Positions 36,864-45,485 are shown, counted from the stretch's first letter. The stretch is DNA of 50,566 bases from Eubacteriales bacterium (GCA_045637205.1 JAZTYY010000011.1:1-50566), one strand, 5' to 3'. Notes: a model not told the origin generated them from the sequence alone. Numbers and translations: made by a program.

Positions 36864-37873
36864 TGAAATGGTCATATATAGAGCCGTCATATGGTGACAT
36901 GATTCGCGTATCGGCGGGGACTATCTATCATTTTGGAATTTATGTTTCAGATGACGAAGTAATTCAATTCGGGTTACCCCCCTCTCGAAGAGGGGGACAG
37001 CCCGACTCTGAAATAGAGGTCATGAGCGCAACCATTGATGATTTTCTTGCAGGCGGATTTCTTGAAGTGTGTGTCTTTGATAAAAAAGAGAAGAAAAATA
37101 ATCGCACTCCCGATGAAATAGTTAAATATGCAAGAAGTAAGATCGGTACACGCGGATATCATATCCTCTATAATAACTGCGAGCATTTTGCAAACGAATG
37201 CGTAACGGGTGTCCACATTTGCCGTCAGGCTGAGGATGTACGTGAGCTTTTTAAAAAAATGCCCGTTGTACACGTCTATATAGCTTCATTGCCTCAAGAT
37301 GAGCCCATTGGCAAACTTGAATGCAGGGAGAGAATGGACGAAATAGCTTCAATCTCAAATGAGAAGGTTAAAAGAGAAAAATACTTTGTGTGGAAGCTCT
37401 TGTGCTATGCCTTGGAGCGTAGCTTTGGAAAGAGAGGCAATAAGCTTTCTTTCAAGAAGGAGTCAAATGGCGCTTGGTCAGTAAATGACGTTGAAATATC
37501 AATTTCACACAGTGGAAATGCTTTGGCAGTTGCGGTTTCACGCGGAGCCGTAGGCATTGATATTGAACGCGTTCACACACCAAGGGCTGAAAGAATGGCT
37601 GAATTTGTTATGAGTGAAGCCGAGCTTGAAGAGTTTTCTCTTATACCCGATGAGAAAAAAGAGGAACGCCTTATCGAGATATGGACACTTAAGGAGGCAA
37701 TCTTTAAGTCCCAAAAGCTTGATAGATTTATTCCTAGGGAGCACGATATAGCAAGTGCAACCTATAAAACGAATAGCGTTATTATTGACGGTGAAAAATA
37801 TGTTTGGTCGGTAGCGACAAAAACCCCCGAAATTGTTCGCGTTTTTACCGATATCGACTTAACAAAAAAATAA
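36863..37873 (+). CDS. LRAT/PLAAT-like (permuted NlpC/P60) domain fused to an Sfp-type 4'-phosphopantetheinyl transferase
   Basis: N-terminal GDMI...YHFGIYV...NNCEHFANEC; C-terminal ISISHSG, VGIDIE, WTLKEAIFK. Confidence 0.82.
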   Translation: MKWSYIEPSYGDMIRVSAGTIYHFGIYVSDDEVIQFGLPPSRRGGQPDSEIEVMSATIDDFLAGGFLEVCVFDKKEKKNNRTPDEIVKYARSKIGTRGYHILYNNCEHFANECVTGVHICRQAEDVRELFKKMPVVHVYIASLPQDEPIGKLECRERMDEIASISNEKVKREKYFVWKLLCYALERSFGKRGNKLSFKKESNGAWSVNDVEISISHSGNALAVAVSRGAVGIDIERVHTPRAERMAEFVMSEAELEEFSLIPDEKKEERLIEIWTLKEAIFKSQKLDRFIPREHDIASATYKTNSVIIDGEKYVWSVATKTPEIVRVFTDIDLTKK

Positions 37874-38989
37874 ATGAAAAAGGGGTTCTTTATGAACCAA
37901 GAAAATTTTAATCAAAAAAACTTTAAGCCTTCTGCAAAAGCGAAGCGAGTGGCATTTATTATTGCGGGCACACTTGTTGGAATAAGCGTTGCTTCAGTTA
38001 TAACCACTGTATGCATGTACGATTCGTTTTTTGTAAGGTATGAACGTCCCAATTATGATCTCACTCCGGGACTTTACTGCTATGAGAGAATTCAAGACGA
38101 TTTGAAAAGGGAAGAGATAAAAATTCCGTCGGGAGATAATAAGCTTCAGGGCTATTATTATCCAGCCGAAAATGCCCGTGGACTTGCGGTTTTAGCGCAT
38201 GGCTTCCATGCAGGCGCTGATGATTATCTTCCATTGATCGAGGCCATTGTTAACAGAGGATATTCTGTTTTGACATATGACGTAACAGGAACATACTCCT
38301 CAGGCGGTGATGACGGAATCGGAATGTGTCAACCGTTGGTTGATATTGACAACGTTTTGAATTTTGCCAATAGGGAAGAGCCATTCAAAAATATGCCCAA
38401 GGTAGTTATTGGACATAGCTTGGGTGGATATGCGGCATCATCCGTGCTTGCACTCCATCCCGAAATCAAGGCTGCAGCTCTTATTGCGCCAATGAATAAT
38501 GCCGCAACGATTATGCTTGAAAAGGCTGAGCAATACGTTGGCGAGGTTGCAAACACAGCAAAGCCGATTTTTGATGCTTATCAAGAGATTCTATTTGGTA
38601 ATTACGTTAATTATAACGGTGTAATTGGAATTAACTCAACCGATGCCCCTGTACTCATTGCACAGGGCGTTGACGATACCGATATTACACCTGAAGGGCA
38701 GTCTATAACTGCTTTTATGAGTCAAATTACTAATCCAAACGTTCAAGTTTATTGGAAGGGTGGGCTTCAAGGCACTCACACAGGCATTTGGCACTCTGTT
38801 GAAGCTGAAGCATATAAGCGCTCTATAGAAAATCGAATCAAGGAAATGGAAAAGGAACTTGATAGAAAGCTTACTGACAGTGAGCTTGCTTGCATATATG
38901 ATTCAATTGACCATAGACTTTACAGTGACGTAAATATTGAATTGGTTGATTTGATGATTCAAACCTTTGATAAGGGTATTGCAAAATAA
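37874..38989 (+). CDS. Membrane-anchored alpha/beta hydrolase (lipase/esterase; start may be 37892)
   Basis: N-terminal TM segment, AHGF, GHSLGG, later Asp and His (GTH) triad candidates. Confidence 0.82.
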   Translation: MKKGFFMNQENFNQKNFKPSAKAKRVAFIIAGTLVGISVASVITTVCMYDSFFVRYERPNYDLTPGLYCYERIQDDLKREEIKIPSGDNKLQGYYYPAENARGLAVLAHGFHAGADDYLPLIEAIVNRGYSVLTYDVTGTYSSGGDDGIGMCQPLVDIDNVLNFANREEPFKNMPKVVIGHSLGGYAASSVLALHPEIKAAALIAPMNNAATIMLEKAEQYVGEVANTAKPIFDAYQEILFGNYVNYNGVIGINSTDAPVLIAQGVDDTDITPEGQSITAFMSQITNPNVQVYWKGGLQGTHTGIWHSVEAEAYKRSIENRIKEMEKELDRKLTDSELACIYDSIDHRLYSDVNIELVDLMIQTFDKGIAK

Positions 38990-39009
38990 AATGATAACGG
39001 AGGTATGCC

Positions 39010-39477
39010 ATGTATTGCAACAAATGTGGAAAACAAATTGAATCGGGCATTGTTTGTCCCGAATGCGCTATTGCTGAGTATGAAGAAACACATTTTGGTA
39101 AAAAAAGCACTGAGGAGCTTAATCCCACGTATGACGCTTCAACTGCATATTACGTTGAGCCACATAATAGAATGTATGGCTTTAAATTGGCACTTGCAGG
39201 TCAAATTTTAGCGGTTGTTGGTATTTTTGTGAGTTATTTTGCTATAATTGCAAATTTAATTAGCTCTGGAACAGGCTTTGTATTTGCACTTGTTTCAGTT
39301 GTATTTGTTGTTTTGCCCATGATTATGGGTATATATTCAATACAAACCTTTAAAGAGAGAAAGCACCTGCGTAAGAAACCGATAGCAACGTTGGTTCTTG
39401 GTATATCAACGCTCACAACACTTCCAATCTCTGCAATTTATACTTTAATTGCATTTGTATTAGTCGGTGCATTATAA
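39010..39477 (+). CDS. Zinc-ribbon plus 3-TM membrane protein, array copy 1
   Basis: CNKC...CPEC, NRMYGF, KPIATLVLGI; GGAGGT RBS. Confidence 0.85.
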   Translation: MYCNKCGKQIESGIVCPECAIAEYEETHFGKKSTEELNPTYDASTAYYVEPHNRMYGFKLALAGQILAVVGIFVSYFAIIANLISSGTGFVFALVSVVFVVLPMIMGIYSIQTFKERKHLRKKPIATLVLGISTLTTLPISAIYTLIAFVLVGAL

Positions 39478-39500
39478 AAACACATTAAGGAGGATTTACT

Positions 39501-40037
39501 ATGTATTTTTGCAACAAATGTGGAAAACAAATCGAATCGGGTATTATTTGTCCCGAATGTGCTATTGCTGAATATGAAAAGGCACAATTAAATAAGATAT
39601 CAAACGTGCCCATGCCCGAAGCTCCCGTGTGTGAGCCTCAAGCTCCTGTATGTGAGCCTCAAACACCTGTGTATGAGCCCGTAGTAACTCATGTACCTCA
39701 GCCTGAAATTCCTGCTCCCGTGCAGCATAGTGATCTTCGTGATCCCAACAATAAAAAGTTTGGCTTCACAAGAGCATTATTGTCAACAATTTTTGGTGGA
39801 GTGGCATTTATTATTTCGTTTATTTCTCCCTTTATTGAAGATGCAATTGGCTTTATATTAATTCTCCCATTGTTGGTAATTTCAATAATCTTTGGTATAA
39901 AATCTATTGTAGTTTTCAAGAAGAGAAAGAACCTTCCCGCAAAGCCTATTGCCACATTGATTCTTGGCATAGTTGGTCTTGCAATTTCAGGAACCTTGAT
40001 TCTTGAATTTTTATCTGAATTTCTTTACTTATTTTAA
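39501..40037 (+). CDS. Zinc-ribbon plus 3-TM membrane protein, array copy 2
   Basis: CNKC...CPEC, Pro-rich linker, NKKFGF, KPIATLILGI. Confidence 0.85.
   Translation: MYFCNKCGKQIESGIICPECAIAEYEKAQLNKISNVPMPEAPVCEPQAPVCEPQTPVYEPVVTHVPQPEIPAPVQHSDLRDPNNKKFGFTRALLSTIFGGVAFIISFISPFIEDAIGFILILPLLVISIIFGIKSIVVFKKRKNLPAKPIATLILGIVGLAISGTLILEFLSEFLYLF
39621..39680 (+). repeat. 21-bp coding tandem repeat (about 3 copies)
   Basis: APVCEPQ-APVCEPQ-TPVYEP. Confidence 0.8.
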
Positions 40038-40100
40038 TATTGTATTTTAAAATTATATTTACAAATTGTTTTTAATTGTGGTATAATATAGGAGAGTTCT

Positions 40101-40583
40101 ATGTACTGTAGTAATTGTGGTAAACCGATTGAATCGGGAACAAAATGTTATGATTGCTTAAAGGCCACATATCAACCTGCACAAAAGAAATATATTCGTC
40201 CAAAATATAATTTTGAACCTGACCCCGATAATGCAATGTATGGCTTTTTTAAGGCATTGGTTTCTACCATTTTGGCGGTTATGGCAGGAGTTTGGACATA
40301 CATTGTTGCTGATCATATCAGCAGTTCAACGGTTGAGCAATACGGAAAAGTGTACGTTATGTTAGATCCCAATTCAACTTTCATTTCTTTATTAGTTCCG
40401 ATACCGTTTATAATTGTTTCTATTATCTTTGGTATAATTTCAATCAGAACGTTTGCAAGAAGAAGAGTAACATGTGAAAAGCCCATTGTTACGTTGGTGC
40501 TTGGCATTGTTGGTATTTGCATTTCCGCCTTGTCGTTGTGCTTTGTGATTCCCGTAATAAACCAAGTTGTTCAATTTGTTTAA
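40101..40583 (+). CDS. Zinc-ribbon plus 3-TM membrane protein, array copy 3
   Basis: CSNC...CYDC, NAMYGF, KPIVTLVLGI; possible own promoter TTTACA-18-TATAAT at 40058-40087. Confidence 0.85.
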   Translation: MYCSNCGKPIESGTKCYDCLKATYQPAQKKYIRPKYNFEPDPDNAMYGFFKALVSTILAVMAGVWTYIVADHISSSTVEQYGKVYVMLDPNSTFISLLVPIPFIIVSIIFGIISIRTFARRRVTCEKPIVTLVLGIVGICISALSLCFVIPVINQVVQFV

Positions 40584-40609
40584 AAATAAACACAGTTAAA
40601 AATATCATT

Positions 40610-41358
40610 AAAAGGAGACATATTATGTATTGCAACAAATGTGGAAAGTACATTTCTCAAGGAACAAAATGTGACGACTGTGCAAGAGCTGAATACTATG
40701 CTTCTCAAGCACAGCAGGCTCAGCAGTCCTCATATAATTATGCTAATGGCAACCCCTACGCTCGTCCTAATTATAACTGTGAGCCCGAGCCTAAAAATAG
40801 AATGTATGGCTTCGGTAAGGCTCTTACTTCAACCATTTTAGGATTTGTTGGTTACATTTGGACATATGTTTCATTTGTTTTGTCAGTTGATTTGTATTAT
40901 GGAATTGAAGAATCAGCAATTGTGCTTTCACTTATGGCGCTTCCATTTATAATCATTCCTATCATATTTGGTATTTCATCTATCAAAGTATTTATGAGAA
41001 GAAAAGCTACTTGTGCCAAACCAATACCTACCTTGATTCTTGGTATTGCAGGTCTTTCACTTGGTGGTATAGCTGCTTTGTTCGAAATGCTTTTGTTTTT
41101 TGCTATGACAACCATGTAAAAAATAAAAAGGAGACATATTATGTATTGCAACAAATGTGGAAAGTACATTTCCCAAGGAACAAAATGTGACGACTGTGCA
41201 AGAGCTGAATACTATGCTTCTCAGACGCAGCAGGCTCAGCAGCCCTCATATAATTATGCTAATGGCAACCCCTACGCTCGTCCCAATTACAACTGTGAGC
41301 CCGAACCTAAAAACAGAATGTATGGCTTTGGTAAAGCTCTAACATCAACAATTTTAGG
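40610..41358 (+). repeat. ~230-bp near-identical direct repeat (40610-40842 and 41126-41358)
   Basis: RBS, zinc ribbon and linker of copies 4 and 5 are almost identical (offset 516 bp), then diverge. Confidence 0.9.
40625..41119 (+). CDS. Zinc-ribbon plus 3-TM membrane protein, array copy 4
   Basis: Start moved to ATG 40625 behind AAGGAG; CNKC...CDDC, NRMYGFGKAL, KPIPTLILGI. Confidence 0.85.
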   Translation: MYCNKCGKYISQGTKCDDCARAEYYASQAQQAQQSSYNYANGNPYARPNYNCEPEPKNRMYGFGKALTSTILGFVGYIWTYVSFVLSVDLYYGIEESAIVLSLMALPFIIIPIIFGISSIKVFMRRKATCAKPIPTLILGIAGLSLGGIAALFEMLLFFAMTTM

Positions 41359-41638
41359 CTTTATTGGATTTATCTGGTCCTATATAGCATTTGGTGAAGC
41401 CACAAACTATTGGGGAGATGAAGAATTGGCACTCGTGCTCATCTTGATGGGACTTCCTTTAATCATCATTCCTTTGATTTTCGGAATTCAGTCAATCAAG
41501 GTATTTACAAGAAGAAAGAATTTATCTGCAAAGCCTATTGCAACTCTGATTCTTGGAATTTCTGGTCTTGTAATGTCAGGATTTGGTGCTTTGATTTCTC
41601 TCAGTTCGATGATGTCAATTTTTCCTTATCTTTATTAA
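41141..41638 (+). CDS. Zinc-ribbon plus 3-TM membrane protein, array copy 5
   Basis: N-terminal half nearly identical to copy 4; different TM/loop region. Confidence 0.85.
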   Translation: MYCNKCGKYISQGTKCDDCARAEYYASQTQQAQQPSYNYANGNPYARPNYNCEPEPKNRMYGFGKALTSTILGFIGFIWSYIAFGEATNYWGDEELALVLILMGLPLIIIPLIFGIQSIKVFTRRKNLSAKPIATLILGISGLVMSGFGALISLSSMMSIFPYLY

Positions 41639-41742
41639 GATAGGGAGCAAGACCTGACGGTTTTGCAAATTTAATAAGATAATAAGCCCTTTGAGTAAGG
41701 ACTATATTATAAAAAATAATATGAAAAAAAGGAGAATTTGTT

Positions 41743-42300
41743 ATGTTCTGTAGAAAATGCGGAAAACAAATCGCAGAGGGAACAATGTGTGATGATTGCG
41801 CAAGAGCTGAATTCTATGCACAGCAGCCCCAGCAGCCCCCTCAGCAACCCAACTATTCACAACCCAACTATTCACAGCCTTATGCTCAGCCCAATTACGC
41901 TCAGCCCCAGGCACAGCCCAAGCCTCAGTATACACGTGAGCCCGATCCTCAAAATAAGATGTACGGCTTCGGCAAGGCATTGACAGGTACAATCTTGGCA
42001 TTTGTCAGCATTATTATTCCTTATCTTTCATTGGGAGTCATGTTTGATTCACCTGAACTTGGTATCGTTTTAATGCTTATGGCACTTCCTTGTGCAATTA
42101 TCGGTCTTGTCTTCGGTATTGGCTCTATTAAGACATTTATGAGAAGAAAGAACGGCTGCGCTAAGCCTATTGCTACATTGATTCTCGGTATTGCGGCTCT
42201 TTCATTGGCAGCATGCATACTTCTTGGCTATGTTATTGGTATTTTCATGGGATTAGGTCTCTTGGGAAGCGGTTTTGAAGATATTTTATATTATCTTTAA
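41743..42300 (+). CDS. Zinc-ribbon plus 3-TM membrane protein, array copy 6
   Basis: CRKC...CDDC, QPNYS-type Q/P repeats, NKMYGFGKAL, KPIATLILGI. Confidence 0.85.
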   Translation: MFCRKCGKQIAEGTMCDDCARAEFYAQQPQQPPQQPNYSQPNYSQPYAQPNYAQPQAQPKPQYTREPDPQNKMYGFGKALTGTILAFVSIIIPYLSLGVMFDSPELGIVLMLMALPCAIIGLVFGIGSIKTFMRRKNGCAKPIATLILGIAALSLAACILLGYVIGIFMGLGLLGSGFEDILYYL

Positions 42301-42337
42301 TAAATAATACATAGAGGAAGATAATTTTGATTTCAAT

Positions 42338-42370
42338 ACAAAAAGCCATCCAATTGGGTGGCTTTTTTGT
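42338..42370 (+). terminator. Intrinsic terminator after the array
   Basis: ACAAAAAGCCATCC-aatt-GGGTGGCTTTTTTGT. Confidence 0.85.
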
Positions 42371-42451
42371 ATAAAAAAGAATGACCGTTTAAATATATAT
42401 AAAAAACATGAAAGTAATTTGTAAAAATAGAATATTTTTCTTTAAAAGCTA

Positions 42452-42480
42452 TTGACAAACGGGTAAAAATATTATATAAT
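42452..42480 (+). promoter_or_regulatory. Consensus sigmaA promoter of tRNA-Ser
   Basis: TTGACA-17-TATAAT. Confidence 0.85.
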
Positions 42481-42525
42481 GATTGGGCGTGAACGGAATG
42501 GAAGCGGCAGTTCACGAGGGTATTT

Positions 42526-42618
42526 GGAGAAGTACTCAAGAGGCCGAAGAGGCGCCCCTGCTAAGGGTGTAGGCCGGATATACCCGGCGCGAGAGTTCAA
42601 ATCTCTCCTTCTCCGCCA
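42526..42618 (+). tRNA. tRNA-Ser (anticodon GCT)
   Basis: GGAGAAG/CTTCTCC acceptor stem, CGCCC-CT-GCT-AA-GGGTG anticodon arm, long variable arm, GTTCAAATC T-loop, encoded CCA. Confidence 0.97.
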
Positions 42619-42656
42619 AAAATAAAAAGCAGACCTTGTGTCTGCTTTTTATTTTT
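42619..42656 (+). terminator. tRNA terminator
   Basis: AAAATAAAAAGCAGAC...GTCTGCTTTTTATTTT. Confidence 0.85.
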
Positions 42657-42831
42657 GTTTGAAATGTGACATTTGAAGTCGTAAGAGCGACAGGACCGGC
42701 AAGGGTGAGCTAGTCAAAACATCACAGTGTGATGTTTTGACTAAGCGAAGGAGCTAAAGCAAGGAGTATTGCGAGTGAATTGTTCACGAAGCAAGACGAC
42801 TATGCGACGCGAGTGGGTGGCGTAGCCACGA

Positions 42832-42851
42832 AAATCTCTCCTTCTCCGCCA
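42832..42851 (+). repeat. Direct repeat of the tRNA-Ser 3' end (att-like)
   Basis: AAATCTCTCCTTCTCCGCCA is identical to 42599-42618. Confidence 0.9.
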
Positions 42852-42857
42852 AATTAA

Positions 42858-43328
42858 AACCGCAATTCTGATACAAAGGGGTTGCGGTTTTTGTTATTTT
42901 GTGGTATAATGATAAAAAGGTGGTGATTGTATGGAAAAAACAATTTTTGGTCGAGAACCGGATGTTGAAGTTATGTTTGAATTTGTCGGGACAAGAAAGA
43001 ATCCTGTCGCAGATGGCTATCGCCCTATGCATTTGATAACAGGCGATTGTTTGACAACTGGTGTCCATTACTATTATAATGTTCAAACCGTGGCTCCTAA
43101 TGACACGGTAAAAGGTACAATCACCTTTATTGCTCCAGAAGCTTACCCACATTGTCTATGGGTGGGCAAGAAAATCAATATCCAAGAAGGTTCAAAAATT
43201 GTGGGATATGCTACTATACTTAAAGTCTTAAATCCAGATTTATTGGGCGAATGTGATGCATAACGCCCTCTAAAATCACTTTACCACATAAACTCTAAGA
43301 AGAGGGCATTTGTATCAAAATTACAGTT
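42858..43328. mobile_element. Candidate single-gene cassette bounded by 20-bp inverted repeats
   Basis: AACCGCAATTCTGATACAAA (42858-42877) vs reverse complement of 43309-43328, AACTGTAATTTTGATACAAA: 17/20 identical. Confidence 0.55.
42931..43263 (+). CDS. Small stand-alone EF-Tu domain-III-like beta-barrel protein
   Basis: RKNPVADGYRP...TTG...IQEGSKIVGYATI resembles EF-Tu C-terminal motifs (GYRPQ...REGGRTVG). Confidence 0.6.
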   Translation: MEKTIFGREPDVEVMFEFVGTRKNPVADGYRPMHLITGDCLTTGVHYYYNVQTVAPNDTVKGTITFIAPEAYPHCLWVGKKINIQEGSKIVGYATILKVLNPDLLGECDA

Positions 43329-43544
43329 ATTAGCCAACGAAAAGGACACCATATGGTGTCCTTTTTTTGTTTGGGAGAGAGATTTGAGTTCGTAAGAGTG
43401 CCGTGGTTGGCAAAGCCGATTCAAATTTTTTCTCGGTAAAAAATAAAACCACCCGATTGGTGGTTTTATTTTTGTATAAATAGTTGCTTTTTGAGGCAAA
43501 ATATGGTATTATGATTAAAGAATATATTTTATGGGAGATAAATC

Positions 43545-44252
43545 ATGAAATTTGCAAGAATTGCTTTATTATTTGTCTTATTTTCACTTGCTTTGACTCT
43601 TATGTGTGGTTGCACTCTTTCACCCCATAAGGAAACATGGTATTTTCACAGCTATAAAGATGATATGGTCTTTATGAATGGAGTTACAATTAATATGGGA
43701 TTTTCTGATGCTTCTCAGGCATATCCCTTTGCTGGTGTTGAGCATCAAAACATCGGAATTTCATTTTCAAAGGATGGTAAGGTGGAGTTTACGGCCAAGG
43801 ATGGTATTACTCGTTATGGAACTTACACATCTGACAATGAGGGTGTGCAATATACCACGTTTATTATTACTCTTGATAATGGAGAGGTGATAGAGGGAAG
43901 TGCTCAAAGCACAGTTGACGGCAAAAAGCTTGCCTTGACATATCAGGGAATTATTTATAACTTTACACCTGACAATAATAGAAGCTGCATAACTATGGAT
44001 GATGTTATCTTTAAGATTTTGGATGGACATTATGATGGCTTGAGTGAGGCTAACGTTATTAAAGAAGCCGATCAATATCAGGTTTGGTTTAGCGAAGTAA
44101 TGTATTATCCCATCAAGGACACTACAGCAGTTATGGCTATTCAAATTAATAAGAATGGAACTTATGAGATTTTGGACGAGGTGCAAGAGGGCAAGGTGCT
44201 TTCAACTTATAATAATAAGGCAGATTATATAGTTCTTTATTATGTTGACTAA
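43545..44252 (+). CDS. Lipoprotein of unknown function
   Basis: GGGAG RBS; signal peptide ending LMCGC; terminator hairpin near 44260-44283. Confidence 0.75.
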   Translation: MKFARIALLFVLFSLALTLMCGCTLSPHKETWYFHSYKDDMVFMNGVTINMGFSDASQAYPFAGVEHQNIGISFSKDGKVEFTAKDGITRYGTYTSDNEGVQYTTFIITLDNGEVIEGSAQSTVDGKKLALTYQGIIYNFTPDNNRSCITMDDVIFKILDGHYDGLSEANVIKEADQYQVWFSEVMYYPIKDTTAVMAIQINKNGTYEILDEVQEGKVLSTYNNKADYIVLYYVD

Positions 44253-44393
44253 ACTTAATAGGCGGGGAGAAATCCTCGCCTTATCTTTTTTATCTAAATG
44301 AACGCGTTCACAAATAAGTGTTGAATTTTTATGCAATCTGTGATATAATTATAAAAAATATCTGGATATATATTCAAGTTGAAAGGAATTAAT

Positions 44394-44807
44394 ATGGCTA
44401 AAAACACAAAAGAATTATGGCGCGCTTTAAAATTTACTTTGATATCAATTAGCGCAGGAATTATTCAAATTGGCTCATTCACGCTTTTAAACGAGGTTTT
44501 TAAACTTGCAAATCCGGAGATTTCACATCTTATTGCGCTTGTTTTGTCGGTGATATGGAATTTCACAATCAACAGAAAAGTTACCTTTAAGTCATCAAAC
44601 AATATTGTTAAATCAATGATTTTGGTTGCGCTGTTCTACGTGGTATTCACTCCCGCATCAACGCTCTTTATGAAATGGGCAACGAATATCGGTTGGAACG
44701 AATATCTCGTTGAAGGAATTAATATGTTTGCCAATTTTGTGCTTGAATTTTTGTTTACGCGTTTTGTGGTTTATAGAAATTCTTGCGACACGGCAGAGAA
44801 GAAATAA
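44394..44807 (+). CDS. GtrA family membrane protein
   Basis: LKF...VIWNFTINRKVTFKS...FTRFVVY, about four TMs; ATG 44394. Confidence 0.82.
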   Translation: MAKNTKELWRALKFTLISISAGIIQIGSFTLLNEVFKLANPEISHLIALVLSVIWNFTINRKVTFKSSNNIVKSMILVALFYVVFTPASTLFMKWATNIGWNEYLVEGINMFANFVLEFLFTRFVVYRNSCDTAEKK

Positions 44808-44836
44808 AAAAATCGGGCAATGCCCGATTTTTTTTG

Positions 44837-44865
44837 TTGACACGAGATATAATGTATGGTATAAT
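44837..44865 (+). promoter_or_regulatory. Consensus sigmaA promoter of mntP
   Basis: TTGACA-17-TATAAT with extended TG, directly after a terminator hairpin at 44806-44835. Confidence 0.75.
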
Positions 44866-44902
44866 CTCCCTTGTCCGATTAAAATTTTATGGGAGATAGA
44901 TA

Positions 44903-45484
44903 ATGAATTTTGAATTTTTTGCAGTTAGCATAATGTTCGGCTTGGGACTTGCAATGGATGCCTTTTCGGTATCATTGGCAAACGGTATGAACGAAAAGAG
45001 AATGAAGTTTGGAAGAATGTGCACTATTGCAGGAATATTCGCACTTTTCCAAGGTGTTATGCCCTTGCTCGGTTGGGTTGGTGTTCAAACCATCTCCACT
45101 ATTTTTAAAGGGTTTACTGCATTCATTCCGTATATAGCTCTTGTTCTTCTTGCTTTTATTGGAGGCAAGATGATTTATGAAGGAATTAAAAAGGATTGTG
45201 ATTGTGAGGACTGTGCAGTTGGCTTTGGAGCTCTTATTGTACAGGGAATTGGAACGTCAATTGACGCGCTCTCCGTTGGCTTTGAAATCGGTCACTATGG
45301 TATTGTAGAAGCGCTTGTTTCATCACTTGTTATTGCAATTTTGACCTTTATTATTTGTATGTTTGGTGTTTGGGCAGGAAAGAAATTTGGCAATATGCTT
45401 TCAAACAAGGCAACCATCTTTGGTGGCATCATACTCGTTGGTATAGGTATTTACATATTCATTAAAGGAATACTTGTAATATAA
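44903..45484 (+). CDS. mntP: Manganese efflux pump MntP
   Basis: GLAMDAFSVS, FQGVMPLLGW, TSIDALSVG, GGIILVGIG. Confidence 0.9.
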   Translation: MNFEFFAVSIMFGLGLAMDAFSVSLANGMNEKRMKFGRMCTIAGIFALFQGVMPLLGWVGVQTISTIFKGFTAFIPYIALVLLAFIGGKMIYEGIKKDCDCEDCAVGFGALIVQGIGTSIDALSVGFEIGHYGIVEALVSSLVIAILTFIICMFGVWAGKKFGNMLSNKATIFGGIILVGIGIYIFIKGILVI

Positions 45485-45485
45485 T

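Noticed and set aside
40517-40624. N-terminal extension of array copy 4
   Set aside because: It overlaps copy 3; the paralogues start at MYC and the RBS precedes 40625
39010-42300. Array considered as a CRISPR array, DGR target set or shufflon
   Set aside because: Repeats are coding paralogue segments; no cas gene, reverse transcriptase, invertase or adenine-specific variation is visible
42599-42851. Prophage or ICE integrated at tRNA-Ser
   Set aside because: The att-like repeats are only 233 bp apart and no integrase or phage gene is in the window
42784-43499. Minus-strand ORFs 42784..43152 and 43281..43499
   Set aside because: They are antisense to a better gene or translate hairpin/repeat DNA, with no RBS or protein-like features
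44866-44902. yybP-ykoY Mn riboswitch expected before mntP, and a TCTCCC/GGGAGA RBS-sequestering hairpin
   Set aside because: Only about 30 nt of leader is available, and the TCTCCC arm lies upstream of the likely transcription start
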